Assembly: GCA_964016885.1 (NCBI GenBank)
Contig: OZ024758.1
Coordinates: forward strand, 2,108,001 to 2,172,000
Source: Eledone cirrhosa
Taxonomy: Eukaryota
Direction of reading: 5' to 3'
Length of the DNA: 64,000 nt
Positions 63,108 through 64,000 of the stretch are shown piece after piece. Each line of letters opens with the position of its first letter. Positions within the stretch are counted from its first letter, which is position 1. Made by a program: the position numbers and the translations under genes. The notes under the pieces were generated by a model. It did not search any database. It was not told the DNA's origin and saw only the letters and a list, made by a program, of their open reading frames with translations.

Positions 63108-63270
63108 CGAAGGAAAGGAACCAGGTGGACCATAACGCACCAAAGTACTCAATACTTAGGGTAGTAGAGTGGGTAATAGGAACGAGTAGGACCCCGACGG
63201 CTAATTCTGCACTAAGTCCAGAATTAGCCGTTGAAACGGCTTGAGCTCAGCCATCGGAGTCCTACTCGTT

Positions 63271-63275
<5 letters not shown>
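63105..63275 (-). mobile_element. Third copy of hairpin-plus-tail (TA)n element, reverse orientation
   Basis: CCATAACGCACCAAAGTACTCAATACTTAGGGTAGTAGAGTGGG (reverse complement of the tail), then arms ATAGGAACGAGTAGGAC...GTCCTACTCGTTCCTAT; (TA)n flanks. Confidence 0.8.
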
Positions 63276-63346
<71 letters not shown>

Positions 63347-63508
63347 AATATATATATATATATCGGTGAATCCTAGATGTTAAATCCCGGATCAACGGCA
63401 AAGGAGATTTAACTATCTGGGATTACACACTAAAAGCAAATCTGGAAATGACGAAAAGTACGTGTGGTGTTTGTTTTTAAAATACACATCACCCCGCCGT
63501 CAACCCAG

Positions 63509-63516
63509 TGACGTCA
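63509..63516. promoter_or_regulatory. CRE palindrome in a CpG-richer region upstream of LRRC43
   Basis: TGACGTCA lies in a locally CpG-enriched stretch (63450-64000) 5' of the minus-strand gene; function is inferred only. Confidence 0.3.
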
Positions 63517-64000
63517 TAGGATTGTGGACAGCTAGAAATAGCAGCCACTGTTAATTGAATAGTCTATATTTCTTCTCATAAATCTCTGTAAATATACGGG
63601 GTGGTGTCGTTCTTGACAACGACAATAATGATGACAGCAAACCTGTCAACTATCCCCGTCCGACGGGGAGATCTCCCACCCATTTTGGGGTAGGTGAGAG
63701 ATTTCTTCTCTTATGAAAATGGCTATAGCTTTCATTATTTAAAATCTCCCCAATTTTGGCTCATTTCACCCCGTTTTAGGGCACTTTTTTTTCATGGTAC
63801 TCCCCGTCGTTGGTTTTTTGAGAGGTTGGTAGGTCTGTGACGGAGACAACGACGAGGTTGCTGCTGCTGCTGCTGCTGATGATGATGATGATGACGACTA
63901 TGATTACAAAAACAATAAAATCGTTTTCCTCTTCATCACTTAATCGTGAGAGAGGGTCGTGAAGGCAGAGTTATCAGACACGCCTTCCTGGGGGTCTATT

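Overview
AT-rich eukaryotic (animal) genomic DNA with intron-rich genes, abundant (TA)n/(CA)n/(GAT)n microsatellites, tRNA-derived SINEs and MITEs. The repeat landscape suggests a coleoid cephalopod, probably an octopod (inference only). I assembled three protein-coding genes by hand from splice signals and reading phase: SPRING1/C12orf49 (+, 5 coding exons, 12370-22851, 202 aa); a large uncharacterised 26-exon gene (+, 23500-49345, about 1322 aa) with a TBC/Rab-GAP-like segment, C2-like segments and one probable GC-AG intron; and LRRC43 (-, about 14 exons, 50950 to about 63024, 5' end uncertain), convergent with the large gene. Most ORFs in the supplied track are microsatellite or SINE artefacts. 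The most notable non-coding signal is a set of minimal type I hammerhead-ribozyme motifs (CUGAUGA...GAAA...UH with paired stems). They sit in short, often fold-back elements embedded in (TA)n tracts, probably Penelope-derived, and one element carries two outward-facing ribozymes on opposite strands. No database searches or folding calculations were run; all family assignments are from recalled sequence motifs.
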